Below are positions 8,845-17,944 of a stretch of DNA of 64,000 nucleotides, piece by piece. Source of the DNA: Gammaproteobacteria bacterium (GTDB taxonomy: Bacteria > Pseudomonadota > Gammaproteobacteria > Steroidobacterales > Rariloculaceae); NCBI GenBank assembly GCA_022826245.1, contig JAJDVG010000037.1:7470-71469 (forward strand). The letters run 5' to 3'. The translations under genes and the position numbers were made by a program. Each line of letters begins with the position of its first letter. The first letter of the stretch is position 1. The notes below the pieces were generated by a model. The model did no database searches. It had not been told where the DNA came from and was given only the letters and a program-made list of their open reading frames with translations.

Positions 8845-9783
8845 TCACGGCATCTCCCGCCCGGTGTACTCGCGCCCCACCCGCGAGCCTCCCGTGCAGA
8901 TCATGACCCCTTCGTCGATCATCTCGGCCACGTTGTCGTCGTTGCAACTGTTCAGGAAGTAGATATCCGCATCGCGGGTGGCGTTGAAGACGCGCTCGCG
9001 CGCGGCTGCCATCTCCGGCTCCGCTTGACTGTTGACGCCGGGTTCGGGAAGTCCGCGGAGCCAGAACTGCATGTCGGACGGCCCCCACTCGGCGAAACCG
9101 ATTCCCGGGACCTGGGCAGTCGCTTCGGCGTTCTCGAGCGCGTAGCTGTCCTCGATCTTGACGCCGAAGAACAGCTCGCCGTCCGGGTTGAGCGGCCAGG
9201 GATCGGCGCGCCGCAGGTATTCGGTCCCGCTTACGCCCCAGATGCGCGCGGCGAAACCCTGGCTGCCGGCGCCCCGGAACCCCTGATCGAGCTCGGCGGC
9301 CTCGGGCGCAAACGGGTAGCGGCTGGCCTCGATCATGACGCGGACGGCTTCCGGGTCGCGCGCGTGGCAGAGCAGGATTCCGTGGACGCCTGCCGCCAAC
9401 ACCTGCTGGACGAGCCAGGCGTTGGCGCGCATGCTGGCCTCGTCGAGCCCCGTCACGGGCAACGTCGCGATGACGGGCGGCGTCCGGTGCCCCGTCGGCG
9501 TCGGCCCGCCATCGACGAGCCCCTGCATGAAGGCACGAAGCTCGGTCATGTTGAATACGCCGTGCTCCATGTCGTAGGTGATGTAGTCGGCGTCGGTCTG
9601 CGAAAGCCGCATCCCCTCGTCGTAACCGCCGCCCGCGGTCTGGGTGTAGTAGATGGGCTGACCGTCCATGAGCAGCTCGATGGCGCGGTTGATGCGCGGC
9701 TCGGCGTCGGTCGCCGTCTGCGCCGCCGAACGCGATGAGATCATTGCCGCAGCCAACGCGGCGATCAGAAAGAGTCTGTACAT
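8845..9783 (-). CDS. HpcH/HpaI aldolase-family protein with N-terminal signal peptide
   Basis: DYITYDMEHG, AGVHGILLCHARDPEAVRVMIEASRYPF and GFRGAGSQ resemble HpcH/HpaI class II aldolases. The N-terminus MYRLFLIAALAAAMISSRSAAQ is signal-like. Confidence 0.65.
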   Translation of the reverse strand: MYRLFLIAALAAAMISSRSAAQTATDAEPRINRAIELLMDGQPIYYTQTAGGGYDEGMRLSQTDADYITYDMEHGVFNMTELRAFMQGLVDGGPTPTGHRTPPVIATLPVTGLDEASMRANAWLVQQVLAAGVHGILLCHARDPEAVRVMIEASRYPFAPEAAELDQGFRGAGSQGFAARIWGVSGTEYLRRADPWPLNPDGELFFGVKIEDSYALENAEATAQVPGIGFAEWGPSDMQFWLRGLPEPGVNSQAEPEMAAARERVFNATRDADIYFLNSCNDDNVAEMIDEGVMICTGGSRVGREYTGREMP

Positions 9784-9894
9784 TGCCCCGCCTCCCGGAA
9801 AACTCCTGCGCGTTTGCGTGTCTGCGCATTATGCATCGGTCGGCGGAGCCCGAAGCGTTGCGCTCGGCGCCACGCGGTGGGCGGAGATTGTGGA

Positions 9895-9917
9895 CGGAGG
9901 GGCGCACGGCCCCTCCG
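9895..9917 (-). terminator. GC hairpin downstream of the VOC gene
   Basis: CGGAGGGGC-gcacg-GCCCCTCCG, 9-bp stem, no U-tract. Confidence 0.3.
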
Positions 9918-9937
9918 GTGCAAGGACTTGAATTCAG

Positions 9938-10567
9938 TTAAGCGGCAGCCTTTGGCTGTTCCGCCGGCACCTGCCAGTCCTCCGGCATGCGCCTGAAATC
10001 GAAGAACGGTTCGGTATCGCCCTGGTCGATCGCTTCCTGAACCTGCCGGTAGAACTCGCCGCCGGCCTTCTTCGAGAAGGTGATCTCGACATCCTGCCGT
10101 TCATCGCCCGTGCGGGGACGTTGGCAGTATTCGGGAAACGTCGCTTCGCCGGCGTGCCCTGAGGCGTAGCCCTTGGCGAACATCTGGCGCAGTATTCCGA
10201 AACCGTCGTCCTGGACCAGCACTTCGCCGCGGGGATGTCCGCCCATCGATTTCATGTGATCGATAAAACGATCGAGGTCGTGGCAGTCGTAGGCAACGTG
10301 CTGGCAGGCATGATCGCCGTGTTTCTCGACGAAACTGGTCACCTGCGACGTCTCCGCCCTGTCGATGCCCTCGACGAGCGCGATTCCGAAGTCGCCGTAA
10401 TCGATGCACCAAATCTTCATGCTGCTGTTCGGATCATTGGGGCGTGCGTCGTCGATGCGCTTGATGAGCTTGCCGCCTTCCACTTCGATGTGAAACCAGG
10501 CCCACTTCTCGATGTTGCCGGCCGCGACCGCATAGGTCACATGGTCGATTTTTTTCAGGTATGACAT
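9938..10567 (-). CDS. VOC (glyoxalase/dioxygenase) superfamily protein, HPPD-like
   Basis: IDHVTYAV at the N-terminus, QHVAY, and a fold pattern like 4-hydroxyphenylpyruvate dioxygenase-related VOC proteins. Confidence 0.65.
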   Translation of the reverse strand: MSYLKKIDHVTYAVAAGNIEKWAWFHIEVEGGKLIKRIDDARPNDPNSSMKIWCIDYGDFGIALVEGIDRAETSQVTSFVEKHGDHACQHVAYDCHDLDRFIDHMKSMGGHPRGEVLVQDDGFGILRQMFAKGYASGHAGEATFPEYCQRPRTGDERQDVEITFSKKAGGEFYRQVQEAIDQGDTEPFFDFRRMPEDWQVPAEQPKAAA

Positions 10568-10707
10568 GTCGAATCTCCCGCGGAACTCGGCGATGGAACC
10601 AGTTTACTCCCGTGGGCTCGTCAAGAGTCTGCAAAATACTGCGTGCAATGCCTCATTCGCGCATGAACTGATACACTAAGCGCCAGTTATCGCAGGAATC
10701 GTGCAGC

Positions 10708-11142
10708 ATGGACAAATTCGACGCAGCAATTATCGATGCGCTTCAGGCGAACTCGCGCCAGAGCTGGGTGCGGCTAGGTGAACAGGTCAACCTCTCGCCC
10801 AGCGCCTGTCAACGACGCGTCGAGGCTCTGCAGAATGCCGGTGTGATCGAACGTTTCACATTGACCCTCAACGAGAAGGCGCTCGGACACAAGGTGAAGG
10901 CTTTCGTGGCGGTGACCGTCGATCGCCAGAACCCGAAGCTCGCCGAATCGTTCCGCCGTTGGGCGGTCGTTCATCGGCAGGTCAAGGCCTGCCATATGAT
11001 CTCCGGAATCAGCGACTATATGCTCGAAGTGGTGGCGACCGACCTGGAGGCCCTTGGCCACTTTCTCGAATCGGAACTCCTGGACCTCGAGTCGGTGAAA
11101 GACGCCTCTTCATCCATTGTGTTGGGGCGAATCAAATCATGA
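10708..11142 (+). CDS. Lrp/AsnC-family transcriptional regulator
   Basis: MDKFDAAIIDALQANSRQSWVRLGEQVNLSPSACQRRVEALQNAGVI plus a C-terminal RAM-like domain; divergent from the VOC gene. Confidence 0.9.
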   Translation: MDKFDAAIIDALQANSRQSWVRLGEQVNLSPSACQRRVEALQNAGVIERFTLTLNEKALGHKVKAFVAVTVDRQNPKLAESFRRWAVVHRQVKACHMISGISDYMLEVVATDLEALGHFLESELLDLESVKDASSSIVLGRIKS

Positions 11143-11166
11143 AAACCACGGCCGAAACGGCACCGG

Positions 11167-11196
11167 TTGAAAACGATTTTCCCGCGTGAATATAAT
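11167..11196 (+). promoter_or_regulatory. Near-consensus sigma70 promoter for the H-NS-like gene
   Basis: TTGAAA (11167-11172), 18-nt spacer, TATAAT (11191-11196); 43 nt upstream of the ATG at 11240. Confidence 0.5.
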
Positions 11197-11239
11197 TTGA
11201 ATCGCTCCTGAAAACCCCACGACGAGGAAATCCCCGATC

Positions 11240-11662
11240 ATGTCAGCTCTCCAGGAACTCGCGAGGTCGCGCACGAAGGCCAAGGCCGCTGCAAAAAAAC
11301 TTGATGTTGCAGCGCTCAAGAAACTCATCGAATCCTTGACTATCGCGTTGCAAGCAGAAGAAAAACGCCTGAAAGACAAGGCAGAGCGCGAAAAACAAAA
11401 CAAGATAAAGAAAATCAATCAATTGTTGGCCGAAAGCGGTCTTTCCGTCGCTGACCTGCAGAAAGCCCCTGCGGGCCGTGGGCGCCGCAAGACAAGGACG
11501 CGGCGACGCGTCACCAAGCGCCGCAAGGTGCCGCCGAAGTACCGCCTGGTCGTGGCCGGCGTGGAGCATCTCTGGAGCGGCCGCGGGCGCGCGCCAAGGG
11601 TATTTGCCGATCACTTCGCCGCGGGCAACAGCCGCGAGAGTGTCGAGATTCCCAAGGATTGA
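11240..11662 (+). CDS. H-NS-family nucleoid-associated protein
   Basis: Lys/Glu-rich coiled-coil N-terminus, basic linker, C-terminal KYRLVVAGVEHLWSGRGRAPRVF matching the H-NS TWxGxGRxP DNA-binding motif; the gene is AT-richer than its surroundings. Confidence 0.8.
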   Translation: MSALQELARSRTKAKAAAKKLDVAALKKLIESLTIALQAEEKRLKDKAEREKQNKIKKINQLLAESGLSVADLQKAPAGRGRRKTRTRRRVTKRRKVPPKYRLVVAGVEHLWSGRGRAPRVFADHFAAGNSRESVEIPKD

Positions 11663-11759
11663 TTCCCCGCACTCCAGAGCCCGGCATTAACGGCTGCACG
11701 GGCCGTCGGCTCTGAATTCAGGGCCAATGTGACGTAGCGATTCCCGCCACCGCGTGGCG

Positions 11760-12179
11760 CTATTGCCCTCTGCTCGACCCGGCAAGCATCCGCTGGCCCG
11801 TTGCGGTCATTATGATCGTCTCCGCGTTCGCGAGCGGGCTGCCGTCTCTCGCATGACTGCCCTCAACGGTAATCTCGTCTCCGGGTTGCAGGGAATCGCG
11901 TTTCCAGCCCAGGCGCAGCAATGAATTCGGACCCCCCATCTCGAGCGCCCAGTTCACGACTTCGCCGCTCTCTTCATCGGCCACGTCGATATAGATGAAG
12001 ATGTGCGGATTGGTCCACTCGACATCGGTGACCGTTCCCGTCAAGTGAACGGGTTTCGATTCATCGTATTGCGCCGGAAAGGAATGGTGAGCGGATGCCG
12101 GCAGCGCGGCCGCGAGCGTCGCAAGCGGCAACGCGATCGCGACGGCGCGGATGGTCGTGTTTGCTGTGAGCGTCTTCAT
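11760..12179 (-). CDS. Secreted small protein, DUF6152-like (module copy 2)
   Basis: Signal peptide ends ASA|HHSF; HHSFPAQYD...LTGTVTDVEWTNPHIFIYIDV...PGDEITVEG. Confidence 0.75.
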   Translation of the reverse strand: MKTLTANTTIRAVAIALPLATLAAALPASAHHSFPAQYDESKPVHLTGTVTDVEWTNPHIFIYIDVADEESGEVVNWALEMGGPNSLLRLGWKRDSLQPGDEITVEGSHARDGSPLANAETIIMTATGQRMLAGSSRGQ

Positions 12180-12236
12180 TTTTCGTCCTTTGGATTTGTT
12201 GCGCCGACGGTATCGATCGCACCGACAGCCGAAAAA

Positions 12237-13112
12237 CTAGAACGGAAGTTTCATTCGCTCGACGAACTGTTCGTTTTCCAGACAGATTTCATCGATCAGC
12301 TCTGCATCGATGACGATACGCTGCCGCAGCGTAACCGACCAGGGTTCGGTATAGGCTCTTGGATCATCAACGGTAATTCGAATATCAAGGTGGCCGAAGT
12401 CCGGACGGCTGATCTCTTCCCTGACCCTGGCCGCCTCGGTAACCACGCTGCCGTTCCAGTCGATCCAGGTGTCGTCGCGTATGCCGATCGTATCGATGAC
12501 GAGCGTATCGCCCGACCATTGCGCGGATGAAAACCCCTGCCACGAGGGCGTCGGCTCGTCCGGCAATTCGCGGCCGTCGACAAATACCTGCCGGTATCCG
12601 GCGTTCATCTCGTTCAAAACGACCAGCAGTTCCGGCGTGTGCACGAACTTCAACATGTGCGGAAGCCCGTAGGCGCGAACGAAATTGTCGGGCAGACAAC
12701 GAATGTGCGGATCCTCTATGGCCATGTTGGCGGTGCGTTCCGCGACGATCGGCAACTGCCACTCCTGGTAGGGCAAGCCGTCCGGCATGTCGGCGCCCAT
12801 ATCCGCCATGAAGCGGGAGGAACCGAGGTTGAAACCGTCGCTGGGCGACTCCTCGCCTTCGGGCGTGTTGTCGGATATCCAGATCCCGGAAAGATCGGGT
12901 CTGCCGTCGGGCATCCGCGGCGCCGGCGCCGTCATGTCGACCGAGCCGTCGGCCCTGCGCGGTACGTTCGCCGTCGGGTAGCCTATCCACTGGGCGGTGG
13001 AAGGTGTCGCGAGCAGCAACGTCCCGACCACGATCGCAGAAAGAGAAACGAACCGTGAACCATTTCGACTTCTGCAAAGCAGCACGGCTCGGAACGGGCG
13101 GGAGTAAAGCAT
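12237..13112 (-). CDS. Secreted partner protein of unknown function (module copy 2)
   Basis: Signal-like N-terminus; motifs IRCLPDNF, QGFSSAQWSGDTLVIDTIG, VDDPRAYTEPW and ICLE shared with the other two copies. Confidence 0.7.
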   Translation of the reverse strand: MLYSRPFRAVLLCRSRNGSRFVSLSAIVVGTLLLATPSTAQWIGYPTANVPRRADGSVDMTAPAPRMPDGRPDLSGIWISDNTPEGEESPSDGFNLGSSRFMADMGADMPDGLPYQEWQLPIVAERTANMAIEDPHIRCLPDNFVRAYGLPHMLKFVHTPELLVVLNEMNAGYRQVFVDGRELPDEPTPSWQGFSSAQWSGDTLVIDTIGIRDDTWIDWNGSVVTEAARVREEISRPDFGHLDIRITVDDPRAYTEPWSVTLRQRIVIDAELIDEICLENEQFVERMKLPF

Positions 13113-13274
13113 ATGCGCTCCCCTTTTCGGCTCGCCAGGGCGGTGAAAACGGCTAAAAGCGACTATCTACCGAGAGTAGATTGCCATCCTTGGGGGGTCA
13201 AGCGGAGTTCGGTCGGATCGGGCTGAGGCGCATCGGGCCGCTATGATATGAACCGGAAAGCGGAGGTATCTGCT

Positions 13275-14366
13275 ATGGATACGAGAACAAACCGGATCCT
13301 CCTGCCGTTGCTGACGGCCGTACTTGCGGCCTGGGCGGCCGCAGCCTTTGCACAGCACGGCAATGGCAATCCGGACATGGCGCCGACCAACGACCTGCCG
13401 AATCCCTTCTCCGACAGGGCGGTCATGCCGCTGCCCGACGGCCGAAGCTGGGGGTCGACCGCCGGCGTCGATGCCGCGAAGGGCCGGGACGACATCTGGG
13501 CCATCGACCGCTGCGGCAGCAACGGCTGCGTGGGATCGGACGCCGACCCCCTCATGCACTACGACGCGAACGGCAACCTCATCGGCCAGATGGGAGCGGA
13601 TCTCTTCGCCTTTCCGCACGGCATTCACGTCGACGCCGAGGACAACGTGTGGGTCACCGATCCGCTGCCGCCCGACGGCCGCGGCGCCGGCGGCGATGTC
13701 GGGCAACAGGTCACGAAGCTCAGTCCGGATGGCGAGATTCTGCTTCAGCTCGGTACGCTCAAGGTGACCGGCGACGGCCCCAACGAGTTCAGTTCCCCGT
13801 CCGATGTCGTCGTCGGCGACGATGGCGACATCTTCGTCGCCGACGGCCACGGCGAGGGCACCAACGAGCGCATCATGAAGTTCGACCGCAGCGGCAACTT
13901 CATCATGGCGTGGGGCCGGCCGGGCAACGGCCCGTGCGGAGCGGGCGAGTTCTCGAGCCTGCACGCGCTCGCGATCGATTCGCGGGGACGTCTCTTCATC
14001 GGCGATCGCGACAACAACCGGATCCAGATCTACGACCAGGACGGCAATTACCTCGATTGCTGGTACCAGTTCAGCCGCCCGAGCGGGATATACATCGACG
14101 CCGACGACAGGCTGTTCGTCGCCGATTCCGAGTCCCGAGACGGCGCCGACGACGGCATGGACCTTGCCCACCCCGGATGGCAGCGCGGAATCCGGATCGG
14201 CAGCGCCCGCGACGGCATCGTCAGGTATTTCATCCCCGATCCCGACCCGCGGGGCGGCAGCAGCGCGGCCGAGGGCGTCGCGGCCGTCCGGGGCGGCGCC
14301 GTCGTCTACGGCGCCGAAGTGGGACCGCGGGCCTTCGTCCGCTACGACCGGCGCCGATCGCCTTGA
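13275..14366 (+). CDS. Secreted NHL-repeat beta-propeller, peptidyl-alpha-hydroxyglycine alpha-amidating lyase (PAL)-like
   Basis: FAFPHGIHVDAEDNVWVTD, FSSPSDVVVGDDGDIFVADGHG..RIMKFDRSGNF and FSSLHALAIDSRGRLFIGDRDNNRIQIYD resemble PAL/NHL blades. Signal peptide present; GGAGG lies 8 nt before the ATG. Confidence 0.7.
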   Translation: MDTRTNRILLPLLTAVLAAWAAAAFAQHGNGNPDMAPTNDLPNPFSDRAVMPLPDGRSWGSTAGVDAAKGRDDIWAIDRCGSNGCVGSDADPLMHYDANGNLIGQMGADLFAFPHGIHVDAEDNVWVTDPLPPDGRGAGGDVGQQVTKLSPDGEILLQLGTLKVTGDGPNEFSSPSDVVVGDDGDIFVADGHGEGTNERIMKFDRSGNFIMAWGRPGNGPCGAGEFSSLHALAIDSRGRLFIGDRDNNRIQIYDQDGNYLDCWYQFSRPSGIYIDADDRLFVADSESRDGADDGMDLAHPGWQRGIRIGSARDGIVRYFIPDPDPRGGSSAAEGVAAVRGGAVVYGAEVGPRAFVRYDRRRSP

Positions 14367-14473
14367 CCAACAAGGCCGATACGCTTGCTCGGACCGCGAC
14401 GGCGCTTGCGCTCCGCGGCATCGGGCTTACGGTGTAGACTTGCGGCATGAATCTTCTTTCGGGAGAAACGAAC

Positions 14474-14989
14474 ATGAAACGGCTGGTACTCGGCCTCGTG
14501 ACCATGCTGCTCGCGGCGCAACTGCAGGCACAGGCGCTCGGACCCGGCGACACTCCACCGAACTGGACCGGCCGGGACTTTTCCGGGCAGATGCTCGAAT
14601 ATCCCGAGGTTCTCGACGGCAATCCGGCCGTCATGGTGTTCTGGGCGACCTGGTGCGGCTATTGCCGGGCCTTCATGCCCTACCTCAAGGACATTTCCGC
14701 CGACTATGCCGCGCAGGGCGTCAGCATCGTCGCGGTCAATGCCAAGGAGGACGGCTCGGGCGATCCCGTTGCCTACGTCCGCGGCCTCGGCTTCGATCCC
14801 GTCGCGGTCGCCGACGGCGATGCCATCGCCGACGCCTGGGGCATCCGCTTCATCCCGGGCCTGCTGATCGTGAACGGCGACGGGACGGTCGCCTGGCAGC
14901 GGGACTGGACCGACCTGCCGGCCGGCCGCACGGTCGCGGAGCTATGGGACGGCCAGGTGCGCGAGCAGCTCGATCGTCTATTGCTCTGA
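14474..14989 (+). CDS. TlpA-like periplasmic thioredoxin-fold protein
   Basis: Signal peptide plus the FWATWCGYCR active site. Confidence 0.8.
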   Translation: MKRLVLGLVTMLLAAQLQAQALGPGDTPPNWTGRDFSGQMLEYPEVLDGNPAVMVFWATWCGYCRAFMPYLKDISADYAAQGVSIVAVNAKEDGSGDPVAYVRGLGFDPVAVADGDAIADAWGIRFIPGLLIVNGDGTVAWQRDWTDLPAGRTVAELWDGQVREQLDRLLL

Positions 14990-15081
14990 GTTCAGGCCGC
15001 CGTGGAGCTTGGCGCGGCAAGCAACATGACGACGTTTACGCAGTCTGGTTTCGGGCGCACGCCCGCTTCAGGCGCATTCTG

Positions 15082-15840
15082 TCAGGGGCTGCGATAGGCC
15101 CGTTCTAACACGCGCCAGCCTTCGGCATCGAAGCGCCGGTCGCGCTCACGCGCGACTTTCCCGAGCGAGCGCTCGAGCCTTGCGAGGCCGTTCTCTGCCC
15201 AGGCGCCCACGGCTCTGAGCCTGGCCTTGTCGAAATCGACGAGAAACACACCGCCGGCGTCATCGAGCAGGATGTTGTGCGCATTGAGGTCCGGATGATC
15301 GACGCCCGCGTCGTGGAATTGCCGGACCGTCCTTCCGATAGCCGCCCAGTGCTCGGGATCTGCGTCGCCATGCTCCAGGTACGCGGCCAGCGAACGCGTG
15401 GCGGGAAGGTATTCGGTCACGATGTCCGCCCGATAGGCAGGCCCCAGGCGAACGGCTCGCGCGGCGACCGGGCGCGGCACGGGCAGACCGGCGCCGCGCA
15501 GGCGGGCGAGCAGGCGCCACTCGCGGATGGAACGTGTCCGCTCCCACCCGGTCCAGACATAGCGGTCGTCGACGAAGCGCGCGACGAAGCCGCCGCGGTG
15601 ATAGTGACGCAGGACCCAGCTTCCGTTCCCGCGATCGAGCCTGAGCACCGAGCCGCGCTCCTGCGAGCTGTCGAGCGGCGCGCCGTGCTGCTGCCAGTAG
15701 CCCCTGTCGAACCAGGTCGGATCGTAGCCTGTCCCGAGTCCGGCATCGTAGAGCGCGACCAGGCCCGGCGCCCGGTAGACCGCCGCGTCAACCATCGAGC
15801 GCAAGGGGCGGGCGGGCCTGGTCGCTTTCGCGGTCGGCAC
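15082..15840 (-). CDS. kdkA: 3-deoxy-D-manno-octulosonic acid kinase
   Basis: WVLRHYHRGG and HPDLNAHNILLD motifs; lies downstream of and overlaps waaF (alternative start at 15795). Confidence 0.85.
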   Translation of the reverse strand: MPTAKATRPARPLRSMVDAAVYRAPGLVALYDAGLGTGYDPTWFDRGYWQQHGAPLDSSQERGSVLRLDRGNGSWVLRHYHRGGFVARFVDDRYVWTGWERTRSIREWRLLARLRGAGLPVPRPVAARAVRLGPAYRADIVTEYLPATRSLAAYLEHGDADPEHWAAIGRTVRQFHDAGVDHPDLNAHNILLDDAGGVFLVDFDKARLRAVGAWAENGLARLERSLGKVARERDRRFDAEGWRVLERAYRSP

Positions 15841-16861
15841 GGGGTTGAAGCACGTTCATCGCCGCCTCGAACACGGCGTCGACCTCGATCCGGCGCAGGC
15901 AGTTCAGGTGTCCGAGCGGACAGTGCCGCTCGAAGCAGGGGCTGCACGAGAGATGCTCGTAGCAGATGGTCTTCGCATCGGTAAGCGGCGGCGTGAAATC
16001 GGGCGACGTGGATCCGTAGATCGCAACGACGTGCGCACCGACGGCTGCGGCGATGTGCATGAGTCCTGAGTCGTTGCTGACGGCAACGGTCGAGGCGGCG
16101 AGCAGATCGACCGCGTCGACGAGCGTTGTGGCGCCGCAGAGGTCGTGGACGTTCGGATCGGACGTCAACTCCCTTACGCGCTCCCCGAGCGGCTTTTCGG
16201 CGGCGGAGCCGAGCACCCATACCGCGGCGCCGGCGCCGGCAAGCCGTCCGGCGAGCGCGCTGAAATTCTCGATGGGCCATTGCTTGGCCGGGCCGTACTC
16301 GGCGCCAGGCAGCAGCGCGACGACAGGCCGCTCCGAGGCGAGCCCGAGGCGGTCTGCAAGCACGCCCCGGTCGTCCGGATCGCTTGCGAGTTGCGGCGGC
16401 AGCACCGATGGCCGTCGGTCCGGGTCGGTGGAGCCGAGCGCGACGTAACGCAATACCGTCCGGTCGAGCCGGTCCGGATCGAACTCCCTCATGTCGTTGA
16501 TGAGCCCGTAGCGCCACTCGCCGCGGAACCCCGTACGCAGCGGAATGCGGGCGAGGAACGGCACGAGCGCCGCCTTGAACGAGCGCGGCAGAACGATCGC
16601 CTGGTCGTAGCCTTCCGCGCGCAGGCGCAGGCCGAGCGCGCGCCGCTTCGCAAGGCCGAGTTCGCCGTGGGCGACATCGAGCTCGACGGCACGCGCCACT
16701 TCAGGCATGCGGCCGACCAGCGGCAGCGACCAGCCTGGAGCAAGGACGTGAATCTCGACGCCCGGGCGCTGTGCTGCCAGGCTCCGGTAGAGCGACTGCG
16801 CCATGACCATGTCGCCGACCCAGGCGGGGCCGACGACCAGGACCTTGCTTGCGGTGCTCAC
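15788..16861 (-). CDS. waaF: ADP-heptose--LPS heptosyltransferase II
   Basis: [23 protein letters not shown]...[33 protein letters not shown] is collinear with E. coli WaaF. The GTG start at 16861 overlaps the hldD stop (GTGA). The rest of the 681-aa track ORF is read-through of the hldD antisense frame. Confidence 0.85.
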   Translation of the reverse strand: MSTASKVLVVGPAWVGDMVMAQSLYRSLAAQRPGVEIHVLAPGWSLPLVGRMPEVARAVELDVAHGELGLAKRRALGLRLRAEGYDQAIVLPRSFKAALVPFLARIPLRTGFRGEWRYGLINDMREFDPDRLDRTVLRYVALGSTDPDRRPSVLPPQLASDPDDRGVLADRLGLASERPVVALLPGAEYGPAKQWPIENFSALAGRLAGAGAAVWVLGSAAEKPLGERVRELTSDPNVHDLCGATTLVDAVDLLAASTVAVSNDSGLMHIAAAVGAHVVAIYGSTSPDFTPPLTDAKTICYEHLSCSPCFERHCPLGHLNCLRRIEVDAVFEAAMNVLQPRADRESDQARPPLALDG

Positions 16862-17823
16862 GACCGGCCGTGGATGGCGCTCAGGTACGCGGCGACTCCG
16901 GCTTCGACATCGAGAAACGGTTCGCTGAAGCCTGCCGCGCGCAGCGCACCGATATCCGCCTCGGTGAAGCTCTGATAAGCGGACTCGAGTTCGTCGGGAA
17001 ACGGTATGTAACGAACGCTGCCCTGACCGTGCCACGCGATCACGGCCCGGGCCAGTTCGTTGAAGCTCGCACTCCGGCCCGTTCCGACATTGAAAACGCC
17101 GCTGATGTCGGGATGCTCGAGCAACCAGAGATTGACCTTGACGACATCCTCGACGTGGATGAAGTCGCGCCGCTGCTCGCCGGCCGCGTAGCCGCCGCTG
17201 CCCTCGAACAGGCGAACCTCGCCCGTTTCCCTGAGTTGCCGGTCCCAGTGCAGCGCAACGCTCGCCATCGGCCCCTTGTGCGCCTCGCCGGGACCGTAGA
17301 CGTTGAAGTAGCGCAATCCGGCGACCTGCGACTGTGCCTCCGACAGACGCCGGCGCACGTAGCGGTCGAACAGCAGCTTCGAATAACCGTAGACGTTGAG
17401 CGGCCGTTCGGCGCTCTCGCTCGTTTCCTCGAACACCGTACTCGCGCCGTAGACCGCGGCGGAGGAGGCATAGATGAGCGGCACGCGCGCGTCGAGGCAA
17501 TACTCGAGCAGGTCGACGGAGTACCGGTAGTTCGTCTCCATCATGAAGCGGCCGTCGCGTTCCGTCGTGACGGAGCATGCGCCCTGGTGGAACACGGCCG
17601 TCGGACGGGTCGGCAGGCCCTCGCGCAGGAGTTCGGCGAATCGCTCCTTGTCCCAGTAGTCGCCGATGCGGCAATCGACGAGGTTGCGGAACTTGCTCCC
17701 GTCGGTCAGGTCGTCCACGCACACGATGTCGTCGATGCCGGCGCGATTGAGGCCGCGAATCAGATTGCAGCCGATGAATCCGGCGCCCCCGGTTACGACG
17801 ATCACCGCTGCCCCCTCGCGCAA
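16858..17823 (-). CDS. hldD: ADP-L-glycero-D-manno-heptose 6-epimerase
   Basis: [20 protein letters not shown] Rossmann motif and overall collinearity with RfaD. Confidence 0.9.
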   Translation of the reverse strand: MREGAAVIVVTGGAGFIGCNLIRGLNRAGIDDIVCVDDLTDGSKFRNLVDCRIGDYWDKERFAELLREGLPTRPTAVFHQGACSVTTERDGRFMMETNYRYSVDLLEYCLDARVPLIYASSAAVYGASTVFEETSESAERPLNVYGYSKLLFDRYVRRRLSEAQSQVAGLRYFNVYGPGEAHKGPMASVALHWDRQLRETGEVRLFEGSGGYAAGEQRRDFIHVEDVVKVNLWLLEHPDISGVFNVGTGRSASFNELARAVIAWHGQGSVRYIPFPDELESAYQSFTEADIGALRAAGFSEPFLDVEAGVAAYLSAIHGRS

Positions 17824-17944
17824 ACGGCGTCAAGCTCCGCGCGGACCGGAGTCGCTGTCGGCCGGGCGCGGATCGATTTCATTGTAGAGTTCAGGATGGC
17901 GCTCGGCCATGACGGCTCCGGTGTCGGCCGCCTCGGGCAGGCAT

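Noticed and set aside
13167-14171. 334-aa minus-strand ORF
   Set aside because: Antisense to the NHL/PAL-like gene, which has clear repeat motifs and an RBS.
15788-17833. Single 681-aa ORF spanning waaF and hldD
   Set aside because: Only the C-terminal 357 codons match WaaF. The upstream part is an alternative frame over hldD, and a GTG at 16861 overlapping the hldD stop is the sensible start.
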